This document shows positions 41,415-52,000 of a DNA stretch of 64,000 nucleotides, in pieces. Origin of the DNA: Flavobacteriales bacterium (GTDB lineage Bacteria > Bacteroidota > Bacteroidia > Flavobacteriales_G > Salibacteraceae); contig DNTB01000096.1 of NCBI GenBank assembly GCA_003499525.1, positions 34,695-98,694 of the forward strand. Direction: 5' to 3'. A program made the translations under genes and the position numbers. The notes below the pieces were generated by a model, which was not told where the DNA came from, did no database searches, and saw only the letters and a list, made by a program, of their open reading frames with translations. Numbering within the stretch: position 1 is the first letter of the stretch; each line of letters opens with the position of its first letter.

Positions 41415-44400
41415 TTACTTTATCAGTAGCTGCCTGATGGCGTGCTTACCTTCTATCTCAAGGTCTATGATATAGCTACCGGCGGCCAGGTTGCTTACAT
41501 TCATAACCTCAACTCTATTGCTGTTCACAATGGTAATTCTTTCCTGCAGCACTATTTGTCCATTGGTGCTGTAGATTCGAATATCCATATCACCTCTCTC
41601 CTGAATATCTCTGATATCTAAAGTGAGAACATCAGTGGCTGGAACCGGATAGATACTTACATCTCCACTAATGAGGTTATCTATACCAGTAGTGAACTCA
41701 ACAAAAACTGTATCACTGCCTACACAACCATTCGAATCTGTAGCCTCTACCCAATACGTTCCGGTACTGTTTATTTCTATTACTTTTTCATCCGCCCCTT
41801 GAACTCCTGTGCTCCATACGTAGTAAGCGAAATTCAATCCTGGATTCAAAAAGTAGCTTGTCACTGTGCTATCCAGGATGGTATCAGAACCCAGGTCAAC
41901 TACAACCGGTGCCAATACTTCAACGTCAAAGTCGGGTGAAGCGGCAACACATCCGTTGGCGTCCGTCACGGTTACATTGAACGAAACCGTGCCCGGGGCA
42001 AAATTGGCTGCATCGATGTCAATAGTAGCCGTTGTTTCAGAGGTTGACCAACTGTATGCAGCAAAGTTCGCAGGCACGGTACTTAAGGTGCCCAAATCAT
42101 AACTACATAACTCATCCGGCCCGCCAATGGAAACAGTAAAGTCATTTAAGACAGTTACATCCACAGTATCAGTTCCAGTACATCCGTTCACATCAGAAAC
42201 CGTTACGCTATATGTACCCGTTCCTGCTCCCGCAGATGCTCCGCTTACACCAAAAGTAGAGGCCGTAGAGCCGTCCTGCCATACATAGCTGCTGTACGCA
42301 CCTGGAGCAAGTGTAATTGAATCATCGTAGCATATAGAAGTGTCTGCACCCAAACTAACTACTAGGTCATTCAGAACTTCTACCTGGACTGTATCAAAAC
42401 CTTGGCAGCCCTGAATGTTTGTCACAGTCACGCTGTAGGTACCTATCCCTACACCAACGACCGACCCATCCACAAGATAAGTTCGGGTAGTACTTCCATC
42501 CTGCCACAAGTAAGAGTTAAACACACCTGCATCCAAAGTAACAGTTTGAGACGGGCATATCGCCGTATCAGCGCCAAGGCTTACAGTGGGTGGAGTAAAT
42601 ACCTGAACGAATACCGTATCAGCATCAGTACAGCCATTGACATCTGTAACCGTTACATTATAAGGGAATATACCTGCACCAAGAGCAGCACCATCAACAG
42701 GTAGAGTTTGCGCAGTTGAACCGTCCGACCATAGGTAAGATGTGAATCCTGCTCCCGCGTCCAATGTATCAGTTTCATTTGTGCAAATTCCGAAGTCTGG
42801 CCCGAGGTCAACATTTGGACCTGCCAAAACGGTTACCGCTATTGTATCAGACAATGCGAATCCTCCAGCATCAGTAGCAGTTACCGAGTAATTATAAGTA
42901 CCCGGGTTTAAATTGCTGGCATTAACAAGAATAGTCTGAGTGGTAGCTCCGCTGGACCATAGGTACGAAACATACCCCGCACCGGCATCCAATGTCAACT
43001 GAGCACAACTGTTTATAGTAGTGTCGTTTCCAATGAAAGGCGGATTAGGACCATTAATCACACTGAATGTATACGCCCCACTCCATGAAGAAACTGAACC
43101 TCCACAAAGTGATCGGATGTAAACATCATAAGTGGCATTGGTCACCAGACCTCCAATTCCAAATGGATTGGTCGTTGCCGTGTCTACGGTACCGGTTCCG
43201 GGCACAAATCCGGTGAGTCCATACTCATAAATCCAGGCGGTAGCACCACTTAAATCAATGAAATGAATGTTCACGCTATCCCCTGTGATAACAGAGTCTG
43301 AGATGCTTACGGGTGGCACACAGGACGGTCCTTGCGTAATGCTTACTTCGTCAATGGCTAAATCGCCAGTAAAACTAGATCCCCGAATCCCTCTAAATCG
43401 AACTTGGACAATTCCAGTTACAGGAATAATGGTGCTATCCTGCACCCAAGGATCAGCCCCTGAAGTTTGCTGTTGACCAATTATTGAATCAATAGTTACC
43501 CAACCGCTTCCATCATTCACTTCAACGTACATTCTATCAATGGTTAATCCGTAGAAATGATACCAGTATTTTAATTGAGGAATCGTAAGTGACGATATAT
43601 CTACTAGCGGGGTAATTAGGGATGCCGCATCACCTGTTGCTCCCGAAGAAGATTCAATGTAAGCATAATTACCACTTCCTGATTGATCTGTGTCAGGACC
43701 TGTAGAACCCGAACCTGTTGATGTAGATCTTACCCTCCATGAATAAGACGTCGTATTATCCGGATCTCTCGCCCAGCATTGATCGATAACGGAATTTATA
43801 GCACTGAAATCCACATCATCAGCCAACCACGAACCCGCATCCAAATTATCACTCCAGGGCGCAGCAAAAACTGCACAAGGTGTGGTAATGGTAACAGGCC
43901 CCACTGTAAATGCGCTATCACCAGGGCCACAAATTGCGGTCACATAAAAATCATAGTTTGAATTAGGCATTAGACCGCCTACAGTATCAGGATTTGATGT
44001 CGTATTTACAACGGTTCCAGATCCAAGTATGAATCCAGAAACTCCATATTCAATATTCCATGAGGTTGAAGTACCTGATGTATCTGTCCAGGATACGATT
44101 GCAGAATCTGCGCCCAAATTGTTCACTAAGACTCCAGACACTGATGCACAAAGAGGAGCTACGGAATCAACCAGAATCGTGTAGTCCTCTATTGAACCCC
44201 AGGTAAATGTACCGCAAGGATTCAAAGGGATAGTTCCACCTTCCCACTGCATTACTCTCATTCGAGTTGCACCAATGTTCGTACCTGAAGGAACGGTGAA
44301 AGTAAACTGACCATTAAATACTGTTGAACCTTGTGGTTCGCCAGTGCCACTCCATGTTCCCAATGATTCACCAGGTTCAAAAGTCAGGTTTTGATTCCAG

Positions 44401-47400
44401 TCGATCCATGCTTCACCAGCACCAGGAAAGGTTCCACCGCATGTCCCGAAGGTCACATTCAAGGTATAGGTTAAACCTGTAACCAATCCGGCTGATTGAG
44501 CCGTGAAATCCTGAACTCCAGCAGCAGCAGGACAAGTCTGCAAATTGCTGATAGAGCCAAAACTACCGTTCAATAGTACGTTCGTTACCTCTGAATTTGC
44601 GGTAGAAGATGGACCACCGGAACAGTAATTAAGGGATACGGTAGCAGGTCCACTCCAAAGCGAAGTGTCGCTAGGTCCGCAAGTAGACCGAACGAAGAAA
44701 TCATAAGAGGCACCAGAGGCCAGACCTAGGATGGTGTCAGGATTATTTGATGTTACGATTACAGTACCCGTTCCAGGTATAAAACCAGCTGAGCCATACT
44801 CAATTTCCCATTGCGTAGCGCCCGAATTCTCCATCCAGCTGAACTCAACAGAATTAGCCGTCAGTGGAAGAGCACTCAGCATGGTTGGTCTCTTACAGGT
44901 TATGACATCAAAAGTGTATACACCGCTCCAGCTTGAGGTAGATGCGCCGCATATTGATCTTAAGTAAATATCATAGGTAGCATTGGTTACAAGCCCACCA
45001 ATTCCGAATGGATTTGTAAATGCAGTATCCACGGTACCTGTTCCCGGAGTAAATCCGGTGATTCCGTATTCATATACCCAGCCTGTAGCTCCACTTAAAT
45101 CCGTAAAATGAATGTTGACACTATCTCCTGTTATCACGGAATCTGAAATAGCGACAGGAGGTACACATGAGGGGCCATCACTTATGCTCACCTCATCAAT
45201 GGCCAAATCACCAGCACAACATCCATTACTGATTGCCCTAAAACGCGCCTGAACTATACCGGTTACAGGAATTATCACACTATCTTCTAACCAAGCAGCT
45301 GTTCCGCTAGTTTGCTGCTGACCTACAATGGAGTCCAATGTTATCCAGCCACTTCCATCACTAACTTCGATGTACATTCGGTTTATCGTTGTTCCGTAGA
45401 AATGATACCAGAATTTTAATTGAGGAATTGCAAGCGAGGAAATATCTACAAGTGGAGTTTCCAAAATCGCCACATTTCCAGAAGCACCTGATGACGCCTC
45501 GGTGTAGGCATAGTTACCCGTACCTGATTTATCAGCAGCGGGACCAGTAGATGTAGATCCTGAGCCTGTTGAGGTCGTTCTTACCCTCCAAGAGTACGTA
45601 GTAGTATTGTTAGGATTTCTTTCCCAGCATTGGTCAATTTGCGAGTTTATCGAGCTGCTACTGTTGTCAGATACCCATGTTCCACCGTCCAAATTATCTG
45701 CCCAAGGAGCTGAAAATACTGAACAGGGGGTGGTAAAAGAAGCTGGCCCTGCGGGTAAAGAGGTATCACCAGGCCCACAAATGGCTTTGACAAATACTTC
45801 ATAAGTGGTATTTGCCAATAACCCACTTATTGTATCGGTTGTATCGGTTGTAACAAATGAAGTTCCCGTACCCGGGATAAATCCTGCGATTCCGTATTCA
45901 ACTTCCCAGGTTGTATTCACAGAATCTGACAAGGTAATAATTGCTGAATCTACACCTACTACTACTGCCGAAACACTCTGTGGTGCAGGACATGTCGGAG
46001 GTGCACCGACAAAAACCTCATCTATTGCAAGGTCTCCAGCACAGCATCCGTCAGAAATAGCACGAAATCTGATCTGAATAACCGTTCCCGGTGAAAGAGG
46101 AATCACTTTATTCAACCAGGGATCCGTTCCGGCCGTTTGCTGCCCTCCTGCAATAGAATCTACTGTTGACCAAGATGTTCCGTCGAAATAGTCAACATAC
46201 ATAATGTTGATCTGAGTGCCGTAGAAGTGATACCAATAATCTACCTGAGGATTGGCAATCCCAGTAACATCAATAAATGGCGTATATATTTCAGCAACAC
46301 TACCTGATGTGCCGCTAGAAGCTTCAGTATAGATATAATTCCCTGATCCGGACTTATCGGAAATTGGTCCTGTTGAACCTGAACCTGAACCGGTTGAGGT
46401 CGTTCGAACTCTCCAGGAGTAGGTTGTTGTAACGTCTGGAATTCTGGTCCAGCACTGATCAATTATTGAGTTTATTGAGCTGCCACCATTATCAGCGACC
46501 CATCCTCCGCCGTCTAAATTGTCAAAGAATGGCGCGGATGCTACAGCACAGGTTGTTGTAAAAGAAGAAGGACCGCTCCAACCTGAAGTATCACCGGCCC
46601 CACAAATTGACCGAACGTAGAAATCGTAGCTTGTCTGAGGCATTAGTCCGGTTATGTTGTACGGATTATTTGTAGTTGAAGCTACAGTTCCTGTTCCTTG
46701 CGCAAATCCTGCAGGGCCAAATTCAACCTCCCAGGTAGTTGCCGTTCCTTGTTCAACCCATCCAACCAAAGCAGATACATCTAGAGCTGCAACTGTTGCC
46801 AAAGCTGACGGTTGAGGGCACAAAGGTGGTGCAAATTCATCTGCTCCAATGTCCACAATTGTTGCTCCAGCAAAAGGTCTGGGGTCACCATCTATATCTA
46901 TGACAACTCCAACGGCATTGTTTCCAACATCGTTGGGCAGAATCCCATTTATGTGCAAATCACTTGTCGGATCAACAAAAACAGGATCACCTTCAATAGA
47001 AGAGATATTTCTCGTAGGATCTGACAATTGCCAGGACAATAGATCAGGATAAATGGATACACCAATATCAAAAGCATTTGCCCCACTGCTGAAGTAAATA
47101 TTATAGTCAATGCTATCCGTAGGAGAAAGAGCATCGTCTGATTCAAAAGCGAAATCAGATGCAGAGTAGAAAATATTGTTGACGAAATTGATGGTATTAG
47201 CCTGGTCATTTATTCTGATCGCAGGATTGCCACTTGAACTATTATGAAAAACATCAGTGTATTCAAAGTCATTCAGATACATTCCGTAATCTGCATCTGA
47301 TATAAACATATTGTTGACCACCAAAGACTGGAACCCGGGGTTACTTCCATCATTTCCATCAGTTATGTAAAGTCCCCAATCCGGAACTCGCACGTCATTT

Positions 47401-48953
47401 TCAGTTATGAAATACTGATCAACGTCGAAACAATAGATACCGTCCGCATTAATGTTCGCGGATGTCCTTACAGTATTGCCTGCTATGGTTAGTTCAGTTT
47501 GTCCATCGACATAGATTCCACCGCCTGTGGAACCGAAGTCAGTAATGGAACAGTTTATAATTGAGTTGGTCAAGTTGTGCGTTGCGGAGGTCGTTCCTCC
47601 ATAAAGCACAATACCTCTACCCGAACTGGGTATATTGACATCAAAAATGGTTAAGTTGTTGGCATTATTACCTGCCGAGGCACTGGTTCTGGAAGCGCTG
47701 GCCATGATTCCAACAGCGTCAAATGAAGTAGTTTCTAGAATATTGAATGTACAGCTGGATATGGTATTAAAATCAGCCTGATTGGTAAGGTAAATTCCAA
47801 AAGCATCGGTCGCCGTCCCTGCCTGAGTAGTATTCTCGATTGTCAGGTTGGTAAAGGTTACGAAATCAGCACCATCTAAAAAAACTGTAGGTGTATCCAA
47901 TGTGTTAGCATAGGTAATAGTTGTGGTTGCTGCACTGCCTCCATCGAATGTTATGCTGTTGGTAGGCGAAGATCCGGTTATTTGATCTAAATAAATATTC
48001 TCATTATAGATACCGGGTGCGACATTAAAAACCACAGGGCCGCAAAGACCAGCAGTTCGGATCGATTGAATCGCACTGGCAAAGTCAACAAAATTTGTTG
48101 CACCAGATCCAGCTGGGTCTATGGTAAAGGTTCCGGCAAGAGCAGGGGTAAATGTGGTCGATGCTGTGTCATTGTTATTAACCGTATCCGGGTTGTTATT
48201 TGGAAGACTGGTCCAAACTTTGAAGTCCGTAGCAGCTGTAATGTTGAGATTAACCAGGGTTAGCTGGACTGTGCTAGGATTTGTTCCATTAAATGTATCC
48301 AAAGAAATGCTGTCATATAAAACCGAGGTTACCGGGCCGTTATCAACTGTCCAGCTTACCGTGAATGTATCTACCGGATTTGTTCCGGCATTGGTCACGG
48401 TAACAATAACATCTTCGTTTCCAGCACAAAAATTGGCTGGAGCGTCTATTGAAGCTATACCGATATTATCAGGGCCCGTTACATCCTGATAAGTAAGATT
48501 TACATATGAAGCGCCACAGGGAGTACATAATGTTGGATTAACGGTATTTTCTGGCGTAGATGTAAAAGTTACTATTCCATCAGCCGTCCATGCTGCAAGC
48601 TGCGCAACACTTACCGGGAAAGTAATAGAGTCAAATGTAGCTTTACATTGATCGGCAAAATCACCACTTGGTATAGTTTGACCTATTAAAACACCATTCT
48701 CATCAAATAGTGAGATAAATTCTGATGCGAGATCAATATCTCCTCTGTAATACAATGTAACAGTTCCGGGTGCCGCCGGAGGCGTAACACTGGTGAAAAT
48801 GTGATCTGTTGATGCACCAGCCGGAGAAGGCATACACGTAAGAGGAGATGTAACATTGTACTGTGAAAAAACTGACAAGGAGCCGAATAGAATTCCTATG
48901 GTCAGTAAAATTTGGGTAAAGTAATTTTGATTAGTTCGTAAAATTTGATTCAT
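41415..48953 (-). CDS. 2512-aa T9SS type A cargo: SP, N-domain, CARDB-like, parallel beta-helix, then FN3-MAM-FN3-MAM-FN3-FN3-GEVED-FN3-MAM-FN3, 6 LDAG repeats, Por_Secre_tail CTD
   Basis: FN3 modules carry TWEVE(F/Y)G..GF..GTGT...YDFYVRSICG. MAM modules carry YSWRVR..STGSG..GP..D.SG.GNY.Y.E.S......L.TP..D.....PQ..(F/Y)WYHFYG...DLAIDEV. GEVED shows AWIDWNQN...WGSIEDY. CTD: IYPVPATDVLTLD...GSYIIDLEIEGKHAIRQLLIK. Confidence 0.9.
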   Translation of the reverse strand: MNQILRTNQNYFTQILLTIGILFGSLSVFSQYNVTSPLTCMPSPAGASTDHIFTSVTPPAAPGTVTLYYRGDIDLASEFISLFDENGVLIGQTIPSGDFADQCKATFDSITFPVSVAQLAAWTADGIVTFTSTPENTVNPTLCTPCGASYVNLTYQDVTGPDNIGIASIDAPANFCAGNEDVIVTVTNAGTNPVDTFTVSWTVDNGPVTSVLYDSISLDTFNGTNPSTVQLTLVNLNITAATDFKVWTSLPNNNPDTVNNNDTASTTFTPALAGTFTIDPAGSGATNFVDFASAIQSIRTAGLCGPVVFNVAPGIYNENIYLDQITGSSPTNSITFDGGSAATTTITYANTLDTPTVFLDGADFVTFTNLTIENTTQAGTATDAFGIYLTNQADFNTISSCTFNILETTSFDAVGIMASASRTSASAGNNANNLTIFDVNIPSSGRGIVLYGGTTSATHNLTNSIINCSITDFGSTGGGIYVDGQTELTIAGNTVRTSANINADGIYCFDVDQYFITENDVRVPDWGLYITDGNDGSNPGFQSLVVNNMFISDADYGMYLNDFEYTDVFHNSSSGNPAIRINDQANTINFVNNIFYSASDFAFESDDALSPTDSIDYNIYFSSGANAFDIGVSIYPDLLSWQLSDPTRNISSIEGDPVFVDPTSDLHINGILPNDVGNNAVGVVIDIDGDPRPFAGATIVDIGADEFAPPLCPQPSALATVAALDVSALVGWVEQGTATTWEVEFGPAGFAQGTGTVASTTNNPYNITGLMPQTSYDFYVRSICGAGDTSGWSGPSSFTTTCAVASAPFFDNLDGGGWVADNGGSSINSIIDQCWTRIPDVTTTYSWRVRTTSTGSGSGSTGPISDKSGSGNYIYTEASSGTSGSVAEIYTPFIDVTGIANPQVDYWYHFYGTQINIMYVDYFDGTSWSTVDSIAGGQQTAGTDPWLNKVIPLSPGTVIQIRFRAISDGCCAGDLAIDEVFVGAPPTCPAPQSVSAVVVGVDSAIITLSDSVNTTWEVEYGIAGFIPGTGTSFVTTDTTDTISGLLANTTYEVFVKAICGPGDTSLPAGPASFTTPCSVFSAPWADNLDGGTWVSDNSSSSINSQIDQCWERNPNNTTTYSWRVRTTSTGSGSTSTGPAADKSGTGNYAYTEASSGASGNVAILETPLVDISSLAIPQLKFWYHFYGTTINRMYIEVSDGSGWITLDSIVGQQQTSGTAAWLEDSVIIPVTGIVQARFRAISNGCCAGDLAIDEVSISDGPSCVPPVAISDSVITGDSVNIHFTDLSGATGWVYEYGITGFTPGTGTVDTAFTNPFGIGGLVTNATYDIYLRSICGASTSSWSGVYTFDVITCKRPTMLSALPLTANSVEFSWMENSGATQWEIEYGSAGFIPGTGTVIVTSNNPDTILGLASGASYDFFVRSTCGPSDTSLWSGPATVSLNYCSGGPSSTANSEVTNVLLNGSFGSISNLQTCPAAAGVQDFTAQSAGLVTGLTYTLNVTFGTCGGTFPGAGEAWIDWNQNLTFEPGESLGTWSGTGEPQGSTVFNGQFTFTVPSGTNIGATRMRVMQWEGGTIPLNPCGTFTWGSIEDYTILVDSVAPLCASVSGVLVNNLGADSAIVSWTDTSGTSTSWNIEYGVSGFILGSGTVVNTTSNPDTVGGLMPNSNYDFYVTAICGPGDSAFTVGPVTITTPCAVFAAPWSDNLDAGSWLADDVDFSAINSVIDQCWARDPDNTTSYSWRVRSTSTGSGSTGPDTDQSGSGNYAYIESSSGATGDAASLITPLVDISSLTIPQLKYWYHFYGLTIDRMYVEVNDGSGWVTIDSIIGQQQTSGADPWVQDSTIIPVTGIVQVRFRGIRGSSFTGDLAIDEVSITQGPSCVPPVSISDSVITGDSVNIHFIDLSGATAWIYEYGLTGFVPGTGTVDTATTNPFGIGGLVTNATYDVYIRSLCGGSVSSWSGAYTFSVINGPNPPFIGNDTTINSCAQLTLDAGAGYVSYLWSSGATTQTILVNASNLNPGTYNYSVTATDAGGFALSDTIAVTVLAGPNVDLGPDFGICTNETDTLDAGAGFTSYLWSDGSTAQTLPVDGAALGAGIFPYNVTVTDVNGCTDADTVFVQVFTPPTVSLGADTAICPSQTVTLDAGVFNSYLWQDGSTTRTYLVDGSVVGVGIGTYSVTVTNIQGCQGFDTVQVEVLNDLVVSLGADTSICYDDSITLAPGAYSSYVWQDGSTASTFGVSGASAGAGTGTYSVTVSDVNGCTGTDTVDVTVLNDFTVSIGGPDELCSYDLGTLSTVPANFAAYSWSTSETTATIDIDAANFAPGTVSFNVTVTDANGCVAASPDFDVEVLAPVVVDLGSDTILDSTVTSYFLNPGLNFAYYVWSTGVQGADEKVIEINSTGTYWVEATDSNGCVGSDTVFVEFTTGIDNLISGDVSIYPVPATDVLTLDIRDIQERGDMDIRIYSTNGQIVLQERITIVNSNRVEVMNVSNLAAGSYIIDLEIEGKHAIRQLLIK
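41686..43039 (-). repeat. 6 tandem ~75-aa LDAG...SY(L/V)W.DGST...VTVTD.NGC repeats
   Basis: 1354 nt over 6 copies gives 226 nt each. Example: DLGPDFGICTNETDTLDAGAGFTSYLWSDGSTAQTLPVDGAALGAGIFPYNVTVTDVNGCTDADTVFVQVF. Confidence 0.85.
44169..44627 (-). other. GEVED-type module
   Basis: CSGGPSSTANSEVTNV...FGTCGG...GEAWIDWNQNLTFEPGESLG...TRMRVMQWEG...PCGTFTWGSIEDYTILV. Confidence 0.75.
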
Positions 48954-49026
48954 AATAAACAGCGTTTTGGATTCAAGTTCGCTAATCTAAAAAAAATACC
49001 GTTAAATATATGTTAACATAAAAAAA

Positions 49027-49058
49027 GTCAAAAAAAAACCGCGCCACAGCGCGGTTTT
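49027..49058 (-). terminator. Rho-independent terminator of the 1487-aa gene
   Basis: On the minus strand: AAAACCGCGC-tgtg-GCGCGGTTTT followed by a long T run. It starts 20 nt after the stop codon. Confidence 0.8.
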
Positions 49059-49077
49059 GGCTATTACTAGCTACTAT

Positions 49078-52000
49078 CTACCTAATTATCAGATTACTAC
49101 GTGTAATCTCGCCATCGATTTCTAGTTCTAGCAAGTACATACCAGAGGGCATATCTCCTACCAAAACCTGATGGTTTCGATTCGCTGCGCTTAAACCGGC
49201 GTTGCTCTTTACAACTTGTCCGTTCAGAGACAGAAGCCGGTAACTAAAATTTGATGATGGAACAGGGCCTACAAATTCTATATTGATAATCTCATCCGAA
49301 GGGTTTGGATAGATTCTAACATCCAAACCGTTTAGTTGCTCTTGTCCTAAAATAAACTGCACATAAACGGTATCCGATCCTGGACAACCAAATGGGTCGG
49401 TCACTTGCACCCAGTATGAACCATCAATGGTCACAACTCTTAGCTGTGCTGTGGAACCGTCATCCCATAAGTATGAATTAAAACCCGAACCAGCATCAAG
49501 AGCAAAACTCGTAACACCACTAATATTCACAGTATCTGTGGAAGCCAAACTAACCACAGGAGCGGCGGCAACTGTAACATTCACATCATCTATCGATTGA
49601 ACTCCTGAAGCATCTGTTACTGTAACCCCATAATTAAATGTACCTGGTCCTATAAGATTACCATCGACAGTTATGGTAGAAGTTGTCGCACCGTTGCTCC
49701 ACAAATAAGAGGCAAACGGTCCGGGGTTGAGAATTGTAGATTCACAACTACCTATACTCTGATCAGGGCCAAGGTCTGCAGTAGAAGACGTGATAACCAA
49801 TTTATAATCTTCCACAGAACCCCAAGTAAACACTCCGCAAGGATCGAGCGGTGGGGTATCAGTTTCATCCATCATAATTCTCATTTGTGTTTCGCCGAAA
49901 ACAGCGGAGGCAGGAACGGTAAAGGTAAAGGATGCATTGAGAACTGTTGAACCAGACGGTTGTGGAGTTCCAGTCCATATTCCAATTGACTCATTCGCCT
50001 CAAATACAAAGTTTTGATTCCAGTCAATCCAAGCCTCTCCACCTGCAAAGAAAGGACCTCCGCAAGTTCCGAAAGTGATGTCCAAAGAATAGGTCGAAGA
50101 TCTTGAAAGGTCTGCAGAATCCGTTGCAGTGAAATCCTGAACCCCGGTAACTCCAGGACAGGTCTGCAGGTTAGAAATTGAAAAGTTATCTCCATTGAGT
50201 ATGACATTGGTTATTTCCGAGTCGTCAGTAGATTGAGGTCCTCCGGCACAATAGTCGAGGCTGGCTGAGGCGGGTCCTGTCCACATACTTGTATCTGTGC
50301 TTCCACAAATCTCTCTGACATAGAAATCATAGATATTTCCGCCTGTTAACCCGTTTATTGTGGCGGAATTTGAGGTGAAAACCTGCTGATTTCCGGAGCC
50401 AAGAGCAAAACCTGAAATCCCATACTCAACCTGCCAGAGAGATCCCGCTCCACCAGCATTCCATGTGAGATCAACACTACTCGAGGACGAAACTGAAGCG
50501 ATTAAAGTTGATGGACTGATACAGGAAGGTGTTTCATAAACAGCCACTTCATCTATCGCAATATCTCCTTGATTTCCGTTTGCACGGCCCACAAATCTAA
50601 CTTGCAACGTACTTGAAGTTCCTAGAAATACCCGTCTTTTTATCCAAGCATCTGCTGAACTGGTCTGCTGTGGTCCAACGATGGTATCCACCGGAATCCA
50701 TGAGCCGGTCTGATTCACCTCAACCACTAATTCATCGATTCCAGCGCCGAACATGTGGTACCAAAACTCCACTGTAGGGCTTGTTAATGTTGAAACATCC
50801 AGAACTGGTGAGGTTAGAAAGGCACTGCTTGATGAAAAAACAGGATCTGCCTCAGTATATATAAAGTTTCCAAAACCAGAAAGGTCTAAATCTGGCCCTG
50901 TATTTAATGTTGTGGTAGCGACTCCTCTCACTCTCCAGGAATAGTTGATAGTATTATCTGGAATTCTCGTCCAGCACTGATCTAATTGGGAATTAGCTGC
51001 ATTAAAACTTAAATCATCCGGTACCCAACTCGGGCCGTCAAAGTTTTCAGTCCAGGGTGTTGGAGTAATACTACAACTAGTGGTTGAGGTTAGTGGTTGT
51101 GACCAAGCTGAAGTATCTGTAATGCTGCATATTGCTCTGACATAAACATCGTACTCTGTACTAGGGATTAGTCCGGTTAAAATAAATGGATTCACCGAGG
51201 TCGTAACCTGAGTTCCAGCTCCAAGTATAAACCCAGATGGGCCATATTCCAGCTGCCATTGAGAAGCTCCGTTTAAATCCGTCCACGAGATTTCAAGACT
51301 GTCTGCATAAACTGCACTTGCTGTGAGACTCGCTGGTTCAATGCATGATGGAGCTTCTTCGACGGTCAGTTCATCAATGGCAATATCACCATTGAAACCA
51401 GCCCCTCTGATTCCAACAAATCTTACTTGAATGGTACTTGTCGGCGATATGAGAATAGAGATCTTCAGCCAGGGGTCTGTTTGATTTTGTTGCTGTTCGC
51501 CTGTTAGAGTATCGATGGGTATCCAAGTGCCGGTGCTATCTACCTCAAGCACAAGACCACCAATATTTGCTCCGAACATGTGATACCAGAAAGAAACCTG
51601 AGGTTGAGTCAAACCTGACACGTCCACAACAGGCGTAGTAAGAACGGCTTGCGCTCCAACGAAGGATCCAGATGCTTCGGTGTAAAGATAGTTGCCAGAT
51701 CCGGATAGATCGGAAGGTGGACCGGTACCAATTGAAGAAGTAGGTGCTGCACGCACTTTCCATGCAAATTGGCCTGAAGTGATCGTAGGATTATTCGTCC
51801 AGCACGGATCAATAACTGAATTGATGGCATTATTGGAAATATTATCAGGAACCCATGAAATCCCGTCAAAATCCTCTGTCCATGGTGCAATTTTTACTGC
51901 GCATCCTGTTAAAAAGGATTCTGGTAATGAAAACCCAGAAGTATCTCCAGGGCCACATATAGATCTCACATAAAAATCATAGTTGGTACTTGCGCTTAGA

